The translations under genes were made by a program, and so were the position numbers. Shown here in pieces: positions 6,557 to 16,285 of a stretch of 32,000 nucleotides of DNA. The DNA is from an uncultured Chloroflexia bacterium (lineage in GTDB: Bacteria > Chloroflexota > Anaerolineae > Anaerolineales > Anaerolineaceae), in the NCBI GenBank assembly GCA_963704755.1, contig OY969938.1, positions 4,410,001-4,442,000 on the forward strand, read 5' to 3'. The notes under the pieces were generated by a model. That model was not told the origin of the DNA, made no database searches, and was given only the letters and a program-made list of their open reading frames with translations. How positions within the stretch are numbered: position 1 is the stretch's first letter; each line of letters starts with the position of its first letter.

Positions 6557-9500
6557 ATGCCATCTGCTCTACCAGTTAAGTCCTACGCACGCATCCCTGT
6601 TGTTTTTGACCTTCCCGATCTGATCGAAGTCCAACTTGATTCTTTTCGGCGCTTGAAATCGGAAGGTCTCGCCGATCTTTTCAACGAAATATCGCCTATC
6701 GAATCCTATAACAAGGGGATGAAGCTTTACTTCCCCAGCAAAACCCCGGAATCGCAACAATGGGGTCTTAAGTATTGGTTTGGCGATCCCAAGCACACCA
6801 TCGAGGAATGCGTCGAACGCGACCTGACTTACGCTTCACCTTTGTACGTGTCCGTTTTGTTGGCTGGCCCGGACATTCCCGAGCCGATCAAACAGGATAT
6901 TTTCCTGGGTGATTTTCCCGAGATGTCTGATAAAGGCACCTACATTATTAATGGCACCGAGCGTGTAGTCGTCTCGCAGCTCATTCGTTCGCCGGGTGTT
7001 TATTTTGAGGCTCCTGTAGATCGCACGACCGGTCATCGCCTGGCGATGGCCAAGTTGATCCCCGATCGCGGGGCCTGGATGGAATTCGAGACTCGCAAGA
7101 ACGATTATTTAATCCTGAAGTTCAACCGTAAACGCACTGTACCCATCACGATCTTTTTGCGCGCCCTGGCGGCCATCGAAGATGGCTTGCAGGATTCGCC
7201 CATCAAGGAAGGTACAGATGAGGAATTGATCGCCTTGTTCCAGGATGTGGATAACAATCCGGACCGGCTGTTTATTCCTTCTACATTCCGTCAGGAGCCC
7301 CCCTGGGATCTTTCGAGTGGAATCACGATTGCCGAAGCGGCGCTGCTGGAGTTCTTCAAGCGTATGCGCCCTGGCGATCCGGCCACCCTGGACAATGCCC
7401 GCCAGTTCATGGAAGAGCAGTTGTTCGATCAGCGCCATTATGACCTGGAGCGCGTTGGCCGGTACAAGCTCAACCAAAAGCTGGACCTGATGGAGCACGT
7501 GCCGATCAATCATCGTAATGTCACTCGTTGGGATGTGGTCTATCTGGTCCGCCGGATGATCATGATCAATAACGAGAAAGAAGACAAGGACGACATCGAC
7601 CACCTGGGTAACCGGCGGGTCAAGACGGTCGGTGAGTTGATTCAAAACAAGCTGCGAATTGGCTTGCGCCGGATGGAGCGCGTCATCAAAGAGCGCATGT
7701 CCATCCGCGACCAGGATCAAACCTCCCCGGTCAGCCTGATCAATATTCGCCCGGTCGTGGCGGCCTTGCGTGAATTCTTCGGCTCCAGCCAGTTGTCTCA
7801 GTTTATGGACCAGACCAACCCGTTGGCTGAACTGCGTCATAAACGCACCCTGTCGGCCCTGGGCCCTGGCGGTCTGCGCCGTGAGCGCGCCGGGTTCGAT
7901 GTGCGCGATGTGCATAACTCGCACTATGGCCGTATCTGCCCAATCGAGACACCTGAAGGCCCGAACATTGGTCTGATTGGCCGGTTGGCCAGCTTTGCCC
8001 GCGTGAATGAATATGGGTTTATCGAAACGCCCTACCGGCGGGTGATCCGGACCATCTCTTCCGACGATCCAGAACTTGTGGACCGCTCGCTGGCTGAAAA
8101 CCTGACCGACCCGGAAACGGGTGAGTTGATTGCCAGCCAGGGCGAACGGATTACCGCAGAAATGCTGCCGGCGATCAAGAAATTGAACCGGGCGACTATT
8201 TTTGTCATCCCCTACGTTTCTACCCAGATCGATTACCTCTCGGCTGACGCCGAAGATAAGTTCGTGATTGCCCAGGCAAATTCGATTTTGAATGAACATG
8301 CCGAATTTACCAATTCGCGCATCCAGTGCCGGCATCACTCTGACTTCCGCCTGGCCACAGCCGACGCAGTCAACTACATGGACGTTGCGCCACACCAGGT
8401 GGTCGGTATCAGCGCCTCGCTGATCCCCTTCCTCGAGCACGATGACGCCAACCGCGCTTTGATGGGCTCGAACATGCAGGCCCAGGCGGTCCCTTTGATC
8501 AACCCGGATATTCCGACCATTTCAACGGGCATGGAGGCTCATGCCGCCATCGACTCGGGCCAGGTCTTGGTCGCAGAAGAAGACGGAGATGTGATTTCAG
8601 TCTCCGGCCGGACGATCCAGGTGCGCGGCAGCAATGGAATACACGTTTACAACCTGCGCAAGTACCAACGCTCGAACCAGTCCACTTGTATCGACCAGCG
8701 GCCGGCAGTGGTCAAAGGCCAGCGCATCCATAAAGGTGACGTTTTGGCCAATTCTTCCTCGACGGTCAACGGCAATTTAGCCCTCGGGCAAAATGTGACT
8801 GTCGCGTTCGTGTCCTGGGAAGGCGGTAACTTCGAAGACGCCATTCTGATTTCCGAAAAGTTGGTAGAAGACGACCGCTTTACCTCGGTTCATATCGAAA
8901 AGTATGAGGTAGAAGCCCGCGATACCAAATTGGGCCCGGAAGAGATCACCCGCGACATTCCGAATGTGGGTGAAGACGCGATCAAAGACCTGGATGAGCA
9001 CGGCATCATCCGTATCGGCGCAGAAGTTGGCCCGAATGATATTCTGGTCGGCAAAATTACGCCGAAAGGTGAAAAAGAACTAACTCCTGAAGAGCGCTTG
9101 TTACGGGCGATCTTCGGTGAAAAATCCCGGGATGTCAAAGACACCTCGCTGCGCATGCCGCATGGTGAGCGCGGAAAAGTCGTGGATGTGAAAGTATTCA
9201 CCCGCGAAGACAATACTGACCTTTCTGCCGGTGTCGATATGATGGTGCGGGTTTCGGTCGCTCAGCGGCGCAAGCTCACCGCCGGTGACAAAATGGCCGG
9301 CCGTCATGGGAACAAAGGTGTGGTCTCGCGGGTTGTCCCGGTCGAGAATATGCCGTTCCTGGAAGATGGCACCCCGGTCGATTTGATCCTCAACCCCCTG
9401 GGTGTCCCTGGACGTATGAACATCGGCCAGATCTTGGAAACCCACCTGGGCTGGGCGGCGACCCGTATGGGCTACCGTGCGGTTACCCCGGTGTTCGATG

Positions 9501-10477
9501 GGGCAAACGAAGACGAGATCGAATCCGAACTGGCGCGAGCCTGGATGATTGATGAGGCCTGGCGAGTGGCCGGTGAAAAAGCCTGGGATTGGATCAACGA
9601 GCAAACCTACGACCCCAAATCCATCCGTGACGACGACGAGGTCCGCCTGTTGTACCTGGAACAGGTCCTGGGACGGGATGGCTACGATGTGAGCCGGCTC
9701 GCCTATGATGAAACCTACGCTCGCTGGTCGGTGCTCGAACTCTGGCTGCGTGAAAATGGCTACGATCCCAAGAACATCCTGGTTTATGAAGCCATGGTCA
9801 GTAAAGATCCGCTCATGGATGTCAAGGACAAGAACGCCATTACGGCCTGCCTGGCACTTTGGCTGGCCTCGAAGGGTGTTCCTACGGACAAAGATGCTTC
9901 GGCCAGTGATATCCGCAAACGTGCAGACAGCTACATGGACGAAACCGGCTACCCGATTCCCATCATCGGAAAAATGATCTTGCGGGACGGGAAGAGCGGC
10001 AAGCCTTACGACCAGCCGGTAACGGTAGGTGTGGTAACCATGTTGAAACTGCACCACCTGGTCGAGGATAAAGTTCACGCACGCTCGACTGGCCCATATT
10101 CACTGGTCACGCAGCAGCCTCTGGGCGGTAAAGCTCAATTTGGCGGCCAGCGCTTCGGTGAAATGGAAGTGTGGGCTCTGGAAGCCTATGGCGCGGCTTA
10201 CACGCTGCAGGAGATGCTCACGGTCAAATCGGACGATGTACAGGGCCGTGTGTCGACCTACAAATCGATTGTCAAAAGCGAACCGATCGAAGAACCCAGT
10301 TTGCCGGCATCCTTCCGGGTGCTGGTCAAAGAATTGCAGAGCCTGGGCCTGGCCGTAGAAGCGGTCATGGACACGGGCGAAGTGATCCGCTTTGGGAAGG
10401 ACGAAGAGCGCGTTCATCCGCCGAAGATCGAAACCGGTCTGCTGGCGTTAGGCGAAGAGCTTGATCGCATGTCGTGA
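6557..10477 (+). CDS. rpoB: DNA-directed RNA polymerase subunit beta
   Basis: 1306-aa ORF with hallmark beta motifs ([67 protein letters not shown]). SD AGGAGA precedes the ATG. Confidence 0.99.
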   Translation: MPSALPVKSYARIPVVFDLPDLIEVQLDSFRRLKSEGLADLFNEISPIESYNKGMKLYFPSKTPESQQWGLKYWFGDPKHTIEECVERDLTYASPLYVSVLLAGPDIPEPIKQDIFLGDFPEMSDKGTYIINGTERVVVSQLIRSPGVYFEAPVDRTTGHRLAMAKLIPDRGAWMEFETRKNDYLILKFNRKRTVPITIFLRALAAIEDGLQDSPIKEGTDEELIALFQDVDNNPDRLFIPSTFRQEPPWDLSSGITIAEAALLEFFKRMRPGDPATLDNARQFMEEQLFDQRHYDLERVGRYKLNQKLDLMEHVPINHRNVTRWDVVYLVRRMIMINNEKEDKDDIDHLGNRRVKTVGELIQNKLRIGLRRMERVIKERMSIRDQDQTSPVSLINIRPVVAALREFFGSSQLSQFMDQTNPLAELRHKRTLSALGPGGLRRERAGFDVRDVHNSHYGRICPIETPEGPNIGLIGRLASFARVNEYGFIETPYRRVIRTISSDDPELVDRSLAENLTDPETGELIASQGERITAEMLPAIKKLNRATIFVIPYVSTQIDYLSADAEDKFVIAQANSILNEHAEFTNSRIQCRHHSDFRLATADAVNYMDVAPHQVVGISASLIPFLEHDDANRALMGSNMQAQAVPLINPDIPTISTGMEAHAAIDSGQVLVAEEDGDVISVSGRTIQVRGSNGIHVYNLRKYQRSNQSTCIDQRPAVVKGQRIHKGDVLANSSSTVNGNLALGQNVTVAFVSWEGGNFEDAILISEKLVEDDRFTSVHIEKYEVEARDTKLGPEEITRDIPNVGEDAIKDLDEHGIIRIGAEVGPNDILVGKITPKGEKELTPEERLLRAIFGEKSRDVKDTSLRMPHGERGKVVDVKVFTREDNTDLSAGVDMMVRVSVAQRRKLTAGDKMAGRHGNKGVVSRVVPVENMPFLEDGTPVDLILNPLGVPGRMNIGQILETHLGWAATRMGYRAVTPVFDGANEDEIESELARAWMIDEAWRVAGEKAWDWINEQTYDPKSIRDDDEVRLLYLEQVLGRDGYDVSRLAYDETYARWSVLELWLRENGYDPKNILVYEAMVSKDPLMDVKDKNAITACLALWLASKGVPTDKDASASDIRKRADSYMDETGYPIPIIGKMILRDGKSGKPYDQPVTVGVVTMLKLHHLVEDKVHARSTGPYSLVTQQPLGGKAQFGGQRFGEMEVWALEAYGAAYTLQEMLTVKSDDVQGRVSTYKSIVKSEPIEEPSLPASFRVLVKELQSLGLAVEAVMDTGEVIRFGKDEERVHPPKIETGLLALGEELDRMS

Positions 10478-10481
10478 AAGG

Positions 10482-10510
10482 TTGACGCTTAAAAACGGTA
10501 GTGATATAAT
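10482..10510 (+). promoter_or_regulatory. Consensus sigma-70 promoter for the str cluster: TTGACG, 17 nt spacer, TGaTATAAT
   Basis: -35 at 10482-10487, 17-nt spacer, TGA plus TATAAT at 10505-10510. The inverted repeat AACGGT...ACCGTT (10494-10517) brackets the -10. Confidence 0.65.
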
Positions 10511-10564
10511 CACCGTTCGTGCCTTAACTGTCCGATCATAATGTTGTAACGGACAACGGAAATC

Positions 10565-10597
10565 AGTGAGGCCATCATTGCAACCGATGGCCTCACT
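10565..10597 (+). promoter_or_regulatory. 12-bp perfect GC-rich hairpin in the rpsL 5' leader
   Basis: AGTGAGGCCATC (10565-10576), 9-nt loop, GATGGCCTCACT (10586-10597). Followed by TGTTGG with no long U-run. A smaller hairpin TGTCCG/CGGACA lies at 10529-10555. Confidence 0.45.
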
Positions 10598-10669
10598 TGT
10601 TGGAAAGAATATCTGATCTCATACAGGCGAGTATTCGCCACAGGCAAACCCTTCTGGAGGCAAAAGAAC

Positions 10670-11089
10670 GTGCCAACAATCAACCAATTGATCCGCAAAG
10701 GTCGTCAGACCAAAAAGGTCAAAAGTAAAGCTCCTGCGCTGCAATATACGCTGAATTCGGTCAAGCAGCGCCGCACCCGCCAGGATAAAGGCGCCCCGCA
10801 AAAACGCGGCGTTTGTACCGTGGTGCGCACCATGACACCCAAAAAACCAAATTCTGCTCTTCGTAAGATCGCTCGTGTGCGTCTCACCAATGGTATTGAA
10901 GTGACGGCTTACATTCCGGGCGAAGGTCACCAGCTTCAGGAACACTCGGTTGTGTTGGTGCGCGGAGGCCGTGTGAAAGATTTGCCGGGTGTCCGCTATC
11001 ATATTGTTCGAGGTACCTTGGATACCACCGGAGTTGCCAAACGCTCTCAGGCACGGTCCAAGTATGGGGCCAAAAAGGCCAAGAAATAA
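10670..11089 (+). CDS. rpsL: 30S ribosomal protein S12
   Basis: [12 protein letters not shown]...[10 protein letters not shown]...[18 protein letters not shown] start 9 nt after SD GGAGG (10656-10660). Confidence 0.98.
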   Translation: MPTINQLIRKGRQTKKVKSKAPALQYTLNSVKQRRTRQDKGAPQKRGVCTVVRTMTPKKPNSALRKIARVRLTNGIEVTAYIPGEGHQLQEHSVVLVRGGRVKDLPGVRYHIVRGTLDTTGVAKRSQARSKYGAKKAKK

Positions 11090-11116
11090 GATTGCTCAGA
11101 GGACGGAGAAGGTTTC

Positions 11117-11584
11117 ATGCGTCGAACAAAACCCGAAAAACGCGAAATTTACGCAGACGTTCGCTACAATAATGTTTATCTGACCAAGTTCATCCATCAC
11201 ATTCTGCGCCGCGGCAAGAAAAGCACCGCCACAACCGTAGTTTATGATGCCCTGGGCATGGTGGAAGAGAAAACCGGTCGCAACCCGGTGGAAGTATTCG
11301 AGCTGGCGCTCAAGAACGTGGGCCCTATTATGGAAGTTCGCCCTCGCCGTGTTGGCGGTGCAACTTACCAGGTTCCTATGGAAGTGCCGATGGACCGGCG
11401 TATCGCGCTGGCCATGCGCTGGATTACTGACGCGGCCCGCAACCGTGCTGGCAAATCGCTTTCCGAGAAAATCTCCGGTGAGCTGATGGACGCAGCAAAT
11501 AACACTGGTGCTTCTGTCCGCAAACGCGAAGAAACACATAAGATGGCAGAGGCCAACAGGGCTTTTTCGCATTACCGGGTCTAG
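11117..11584 (+). CDS. rpsG: 30S ribosomal protein S7
   Basis: 155 aa. S7 pattern (KFIHHILRRGKKSTA...VEVRPRRVGGATYQVP...RKREETHKMAEANRAF). Canonical position after rpsL. Confidence 0.98.
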   Translation: MRRTKPEKREIYADVRYNNVYLTKFIHHILRRGKKSTATTVVYDALGMVEEKTGRNPVEVFELALKNVGPIMEVRPRRVGGATYQVPMEVPMDRRIALAMRWITDAARNRAGKSLSEKISGELMDAANNTGASVRKREETHKMAEANRAFSHYRV

Positions 11585-11626
11585 CCCTGGTGTGTTGCGA
11601 AAGCATATTTATTACAGGTTTATGGC

Positions 11627-13681
11627 ATGTCACGTAAATTCCCGTTAGAGAAGTGCCGAAATATTGGGGTAATTGCCCACATTGACGCCGGAAAGACTAC
11701 AACTACCGAGCGTATCCTGTTCTATACCGGTAAAACTTACCGGATTGGCTCGGTTGACGACGGCACAACTGTGACGGATTGGATGGCCCAGGAACGCGAA
11801 CGTGGTATCACGATAGTCTCGGCAGCAGTTACCGCCGAATGGAAAGATTACCAGATCAATATCATCGATACGCCCGGCCATATTGATTTCACGGTTGAAG
11901 TACAGCGTTCACTGCGCGTCCTCGATGGGGGTGTGGTTATCTTTGATGCTGTGCAAGGGGTAGAGCCCCAGAGTGAAACGGTTTGGCGCCAGGCTGATCG
12001 CTACGCTGTGCCTCGTATCTGTTTCGTCAACAAGATGGACCGAGTAGGGGCTTCGTACGATGGGACGATCGAGTCAATCCGCCAACGTTTAGGGGCGAAT
12101 CCAATCCCGATGCAAATGCCTATCGGTATGGAAGCCGATTTCCGCGGCGTTGTTGATTTGATGGAGATGAAAGCAATTTTCTGGGATGACGAGTATGGCC
12201 GCGAACCGGTCGAACGCGACATCCCGGCCGAGCTGGTTCCTCAGGCGAAAGAAGCCCGGGCGATTATGGTCGAAAAAATTGCCGAATTCGAGGATGACCT
12301 GATTGTTAAATTCCTTGAAGGAGAAGAAATCTCCATACCCGAGCTTAAAGCAGCCCTGCGCAAGGCCGTTATCAACAACCAGGCCACGGCTGTGTTTGCC
12401 GGGTCATCGCTGCGAAATAAAGGTGTTCAGCCGGTTCTGGATGCGGTCATCGACTACCTGCCTTCGCCGCTCGATGTACCGCCGGTCAAAGCCACGGATC
12501 CCAACGATGAAGAGAAGGTGATCGAGCTGGCTGTGGACGATGATGCTCCCTTGAGCGCTTTGGTGTTCAAGATTGTGTCAGACCCATATGTAGGCCGTTT
12601 GGCTTACTTCCGGGTTTATTCCGGCAAGGTTGTCCAGGGTGAAACCGTTTACAATTCGTCCAAGGGCCGCCGCGAACGCGTTGGCCGCATGGTCAAAATG
12701 TATGCTGACCGCCGCGATGATATCACCGAAGTGTACGCAGGTGACATCGGCGCTGTGTTAGGCTTCAAAGAGAGCTTCACCGGCGATACCCTGTGCTACC
12801 AGAGCACACCACTGCTTTTGGAGAGTATTACATTCCCCGAGCCGGTGATCTCGGTAGCCGTCGAGCCGAAAACGACAGCCGACCAGGACAGAATGGGAGA
12901 AGCCTTGCGCCGTTTGGCGGAGGAAGACCCGACTTTCCGGGTGCGGACTGACGATACGACTGCCCAGACCATTATTTCCGGTATGGGTGAGTTGCACCTG
13001 GACATTATCGTCGATCGTATGATGCGCGAGTTCCACGTGCAGGCTAATGTTGGACGGCCGCGTGTTTCCTATCGCGAGACGATCAGCCGGCCGGTCAAAG
13101 AAGTCAACTATAAATACGTTAAACAATCCGGTGGCCATGGTCAATATGGCCACGTGGTTTTCAACATGGAACCACTCGACCGCGGTGGTGGGATCAAGTT
13201 CGTGGACAAAGTCGTCGGGGGTTCTATCCCGCGTGAGTTCATTGGCTCGATCCAAAAAGGTGTCGTCGAGGCAGCCGAATCCGGTATATTGGCCGGTTAT
13301 CCGGTCACGGATATCGAGGTGACTTTGGTAGATGGTTCCTATCACGAGGTAGATTCGAGCGATATGGCTTTCAAAATGGCGGCCATCTTTGCCTTCAAGG
13401 AAGGCATGCAACGGGGTGCGCCGGTATTGCTCGAGCCGATTATGAAGGTTGAGGTGGTCATCCCGGATGAATACCTGGGTGACGTTCTTTCTCAACTTAA
13501 CAGCCGTCGGGCCGAAATCCTCGGGATGGACGTAAGGCCTGGTAACGCTAAAGCTATTCGTGCCCGCGTTCCAATGGCTGAAATGTTCGGTTATACTACC
13601 GAGCTTCGTTCGGCAACGCAAGGGCGTGGCGTGCACTCTATGGAGTTCGATCACTACGCTCCGACACCCGAAATCGATTAA
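11627..13681 (+). CDS. fusA: Elongation factor G
   Basis: 684 aa. G-domain motifs [18 protein letters not shown], and EF-G domains IV/V ([20 protein letters not shown]). Confidence 0.98.
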   Translation: MSRKFPLEKCRNIGVIAHIDAGKTTTTERILFYTGKTYRIGSVDDGTTVTDWMAQERERGITIVSAAVTAEWKDYQINIIDTPGHIDFTVEVQRSLRVLDGGVVIFDAVQGVEPQSETVWRQADRYAVPRICFVNKMDRVGASYDGTIESIRQRLGANPIPMQMPIGMEADFRGVVDLMEMKAIFWDDEYGREPVERDIPAELVPQAKEARAIMVEKIAEFEDDLIVKFLEGEEISIPELKAALRKAVINNQATAVFAGSSLRNKGVQPVLDAVIDYLPSPLDVPPVKATDPNDEEKVIELAVDDDAPLSALVFKIVSDPYVGRLAYFRVYSGKVVQGETVYNSSKGRRERVGRMVKMYADRRDDITEVYAGDIGAVLGFKESFTGDTLCYQSTPLLLESITFPEPVISVAVEPKTTADQDRMGEALRRLAEEDPTFRVRTDDTTAQTIISGMGELHLDIIVDRMMREFHVQANVGRPRVSYRETISRPVKEVNYKYVKQSGGHGQYGHVVFNMEPLDRGGGIKFVDKVVGGSIPREFIGSIQKGVVEAAESGILAGYPVTDIEVTLVDGSYHEVDSSDMAFKMAAIFAFKEGMQRGAPVLLEPIMKVEVVIPDEYLGDVLSQLNSRRAEILGMDVRPGNAKAIRARVPMAEMFGYTTELRSATQGRGVHSMEFDHYAPTPEID

Positions 13682-13752
13682 ACAAAAGTTAGTAATTTAA
13701 ATTGTTTTTCCAGATTATCAAAAGTACTTTGGTTTAAGGAGAGGTCTACCAA

Positions 13753-14956
13753 ATGGCGAAGCAAAAGTATGAGCGCACGAAGCCGCATCTGAATGTAGGC
13801 ACGATGGGTCACATCGACCATGGTAAAACGACCCTGACGGCCGCCATCACCAAATATTGCAGTTTCCTGGGCGGAGCGGAATACCGGGCATATGACCAGA
13901 TCGACAATGCGCCGGAAGAAAAAGCACGCGGGATCACGATCAACATTGCCCACGTGGAATACGAAACCGCGAACCGGCACTATGCCCACGTGGACATGCC
14001 GGGTCACCGTGACTACATCAAGAACATGATCACCGGCGCGGCCCAGGTGGATGGAGCTATCCTGGTGGTAGCTGCTCCCGACGGCCCCATGCCGCAGACC
14101 CGCGAGCACGTTCTGCTGGCCTACCAGGTGGAAGTGCCGAGCATCGTGGTCTTCTTGAACAAGATCGACCAGATGGACGATCCGGAACTGCTGGAACTGG
14201 TCGAGATGGAACTGCGCGAGATGCTCACCGAGTACAAATTCCCCGGTGATGAAATTCCGATCGTGCGCGGCAGTGCGTTGAAGGCCCTGGAGAGCACCTC
14301 CACCGACCCGAACGCTCCCGAATACGCCTGCATCAAAGAGCTGATGGAAGTAGTCGATACCTACATTCCCCAGCCGGTCCGCGAGACCGACAAGCCCTTC
14401 ATGATGCCGATCGAAGACGTGTTCTCGATCAAAGGCCGCGGCACCGTGGTGACCGGCCGTGTAGATCGTGGCAAGGTCAAAGTTGGCGAACCGGTCGAGA
14501 TCATCGGCTTGAAAGAAAAGACCATGAACTCGGTAGTCACCGGTGTGGAAATGTTCCACAAGCTGCTGGATGAAGGTATGGCCGGTGATAACCTGGGCCT
14601 GCTGCTGCGCGGTATTGAACGCACCGACGTGGAACGCGGCCAGGTAGTAGCCAAGCCCGGCAGCATCACCCCCCACCGCAACTTCATGGCCCGGGTGTAC
14701 GTGTTGAAACGCGAAGAGGGTGGCCGTCACAAGCCCTTCTTCACGGGCTATCGCCCACAGTTCTACATCCGCACCATGGATGTAACCGGCAACATCAAAC
14801 TGCCCGAAGGCGTTGAAATGGTTATGCCCGGCGATAATGTCGATATGGAAGTGGATCTGATCGTACCGGTTGCGCTCGAGCAGGGCTCCAAATTCGCCAT
14901 CCGCGAAGGCGGCCTGACCGTTGGCGCCGGTGTCATCACCGAAGATTCTGGATTAG
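13753..14956 (+). CDS. tuf: Elongation factor Tu. As written, the frame has no stop and runs into rpsJ (ORF 13753-15276); the canonical C-terminus KILD-TAG is reached only after a +1 shift at about 14941
   Basis: [21 protein letters not shown] and GGRHKPFF motifs. The in-frame read ends ...[26 protein letters not shown]... . The +1 frame from 14942 reads AAG ATT CTG GAT TAG = KILD-stop, matching the usual EF-Tu end (compare Thermus ...GVVTKILE, recalled from memory). Confidence 0.9.
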
Positions 14957-14967
14957 GTGTAACGATT

Positions 14968-15276
14968 ATGGCCAAGCAACGCATTCGAATTCGTCTTAAG
15001 GCATACGATCATCGTGTGCTGGATCAGTCCGCCAAGCGGATTGTCGAAACGGCTGAACGCAGCGGCGCTCACGTAGTTGGTCCGGTTCCCTTACCTACCC
15101 GGATCGAAAAGTTCACCGTACGCCGCTCTACTTTTATTGATAAAGATTCACACGAGCATTTCGAAATTCGCACCCACAACCGTCTGATCGACGTATTGGA
15201 TCCGGACTCAAAGACGATCGATATGCTCATGCGGCTCAACCTGCCTGCTGGTGTGGATATCGAAATCAAGATCTAA
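14968..15276 (+). CDS. rpsJ: 30S ribosomal protein S10
   Basis: [34 protein letters not shown]...[11 protein letters not shown], 102 aa. It has its own SD AGGTG (14955-14959) 8 nt before the ATG. It is in the same frame as the tuf ORF, with no intervening stop. Confidence 0.95.
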   Translation: MAKQRIRIRLKAYDHRVLDQSAKRIVETAERSGAHVVGPVPLPTRIEKFTVRRSTFIDKDSHEHFEIRTHNRLIDVLDPDSKTIDMLMRLNLPAGVDIEIKI

Positions 15277-15323
15277 GATTTGCTTGAGTTATAAATGCTT
15301 GTAGCGATGAGCGTTCTTGGCAA

Positions 15324-15365
15324 CGAAGCAATCTCATCTTTACCCGTAAAAATGAGATTGCTTCG
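15324..15365 (+). repeat. 42-nt near-perfect palindrome/hairpin just downstream of rpsJ
   Basis: CGAAGCAATCTCAT (15324-15337) pairs perfectly with ATGAGATTGCTTCG (15352-15365). The loop CTTTACCCGTAAAA can extend the stem (TTTAC/GTAAA). No U-tract follows. Confidence 0.5.
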
Positions 15366-15410
15366 CAAGGATCGCTTGGGATGAGTAACCCCAGTTAGCA
15401 ATCCCAACCC

Positions 15411-15439
15411 TGGTCAATAAACCAGAGTTGCAGTATAAT
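15411..15439 (+). promoter_or_regulatory. Candidate internal promoter upstream of rplC: TGGTCA, 17 nt spacer, TATAAT
   Basis: Perfect -10 TATAAT at 15434-15439. -35 TGGTCA (4/6 match) at 15411-15416. It would give a leader of about 165 nt that starts with a 7-bp GAGA-capped stem (15447-15464). Confidence 0.4.
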
Positions 15440-15610
15440 GGAATGGTTTGGGCGAGAGCCCAGACATTGGTCGAGCAAGAGTGATCCTGTGGGCGCAGTC
15501 AATACACTACATGTCGCAGCAGGTCACTGACTACCCGACGTTCAGGGATGATGCAGCCAAGCCCAGGCTGACAGTCTCATACTCTAACGAATTCGAGGAG
15601 AACAATCGAA

Positions 15611-16246
15611 ATGTTTAAAGGGCTGATCGGGAAGAAAATCGGCATGACCCAGATTTTCGATGATACAGGTGTGGCTATTCCAGTCACGATTATCGAAGCT
15701 GGGCCATGTTACGTTACCCAAATCAGACTACCTGAGACAGACGGCTATTCAGCCGTTCAGTTGGGTTACGATGAAGTCAAGCCGAAGCGGTTGACGGGTG
15801 GAGAGTTAGGTCACCTGAAGCGCTCCGGCTTAAATTTACCTCCACTGCGAATCTTGCGCGAATTTCGCACCAAGGCTCCTGAAGTCGAAGAAGGTCAAAA
15901 AGTGGCCGTCGACGTCTTTGTGGTAGGTGAGCGTGTTGATGTGGTAGGTACCAGCAAAGGGAAAGGCTTTCAGGGTGGCGTAAAACGTTACCATTTCAGG
16001 GGCGGCCCAAAAACCCACGGTCAATCTGACCGGCATCGCGCCCCCGGTTCCCGCGGCTCTGGTACGACCCCGGGTCGTGTCTTCAAAGGTGCAAAAGGTC
16101 CAGGTCATATGGGCAATGAACGCGTCACCTCGCAGCATTTGAAGGTAGTCCTGGTGGATGTGGAGCGCAATTTGATCGGCGTGAGCGGGGCTGTTCCCGG
16201 GCCTCGCGGCGGCCTTGTCTCCATCAAAGAAGCGCGTAAGCAGTAA
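15611..16246 (+). CDS. rplC: 50S ribosomal protein L3
   Basis: MFKGLIGKKIGMTQIFDDTG...GKGFQGGVKRYHF. SD GAGGAG upstream. Confidence 0.98.
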   Translation: MFKGLIGKKIGMTQIFDDTGVAIPVTIIEAGPCYVTQIRLPETDGYSAVQLGYDEVKPKRLTGGELGHLKRSGLNLPPLRILREFRTKAPEVEEGQKVAVDVFVVGERVDVVGTSKGKGFQGGVKRYHFRGGPKTHGQSDRHRAPGSRGSGTTPGRVFKGAKGPGHMGNERVTSQHLKVVLVDVERNLIGVSGAVPGPRGGLVSIKEARKQ

Positions 16247-16285
16247 TACTGGAACATTTACCTGGACTAACGGAGCTAAAGAATT

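Noticed and set aside
6414-6623. 69-aa plus-strand ORF spanning the rpoB promoter and start
   Set aside because: It runs through the consensus -35/-10 and leader and overlaps the rpoB start in another frame. It has no SD and is not credible as a gene.
7109-8440. 443-aa ORF on the minus strand inside rpoB
   Set aside because: It lies entirely antisense to a strongly conserved gene and has a low-complexity, Arg/Gly/Gln-rich translation with no SD. This is a typical shadow ORF caused by codon bias on the coding strand.
9101-10078. 325-aa minus-strand ORF inside rpoB
   Set aside because: Same reasoning: an antisense shadow ORF with no recognisable motifs.
12758-13654. 298-aa minus-strand ORF inside fusA
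   Set aside because: Antisense shadow of EF-G with no start context or motifs.
13678-14730. 350-aa minus-strand ORF covering tuf
   Set aside because: Antisense shadow of EF-Tu. Its His/Gly/Val-rich repetitive translation mirrors tuf codon usage.
15511-15618. 35-codon upstream ORF in the rplC leader, overlapping the rplC ATG by 8 nt; also a 25-codon ORF at 15307-15384 across the palindrome
   Set aside because: Neither has a Shine-Dalgarno sequence. They are more likely incidental to a structured leader.
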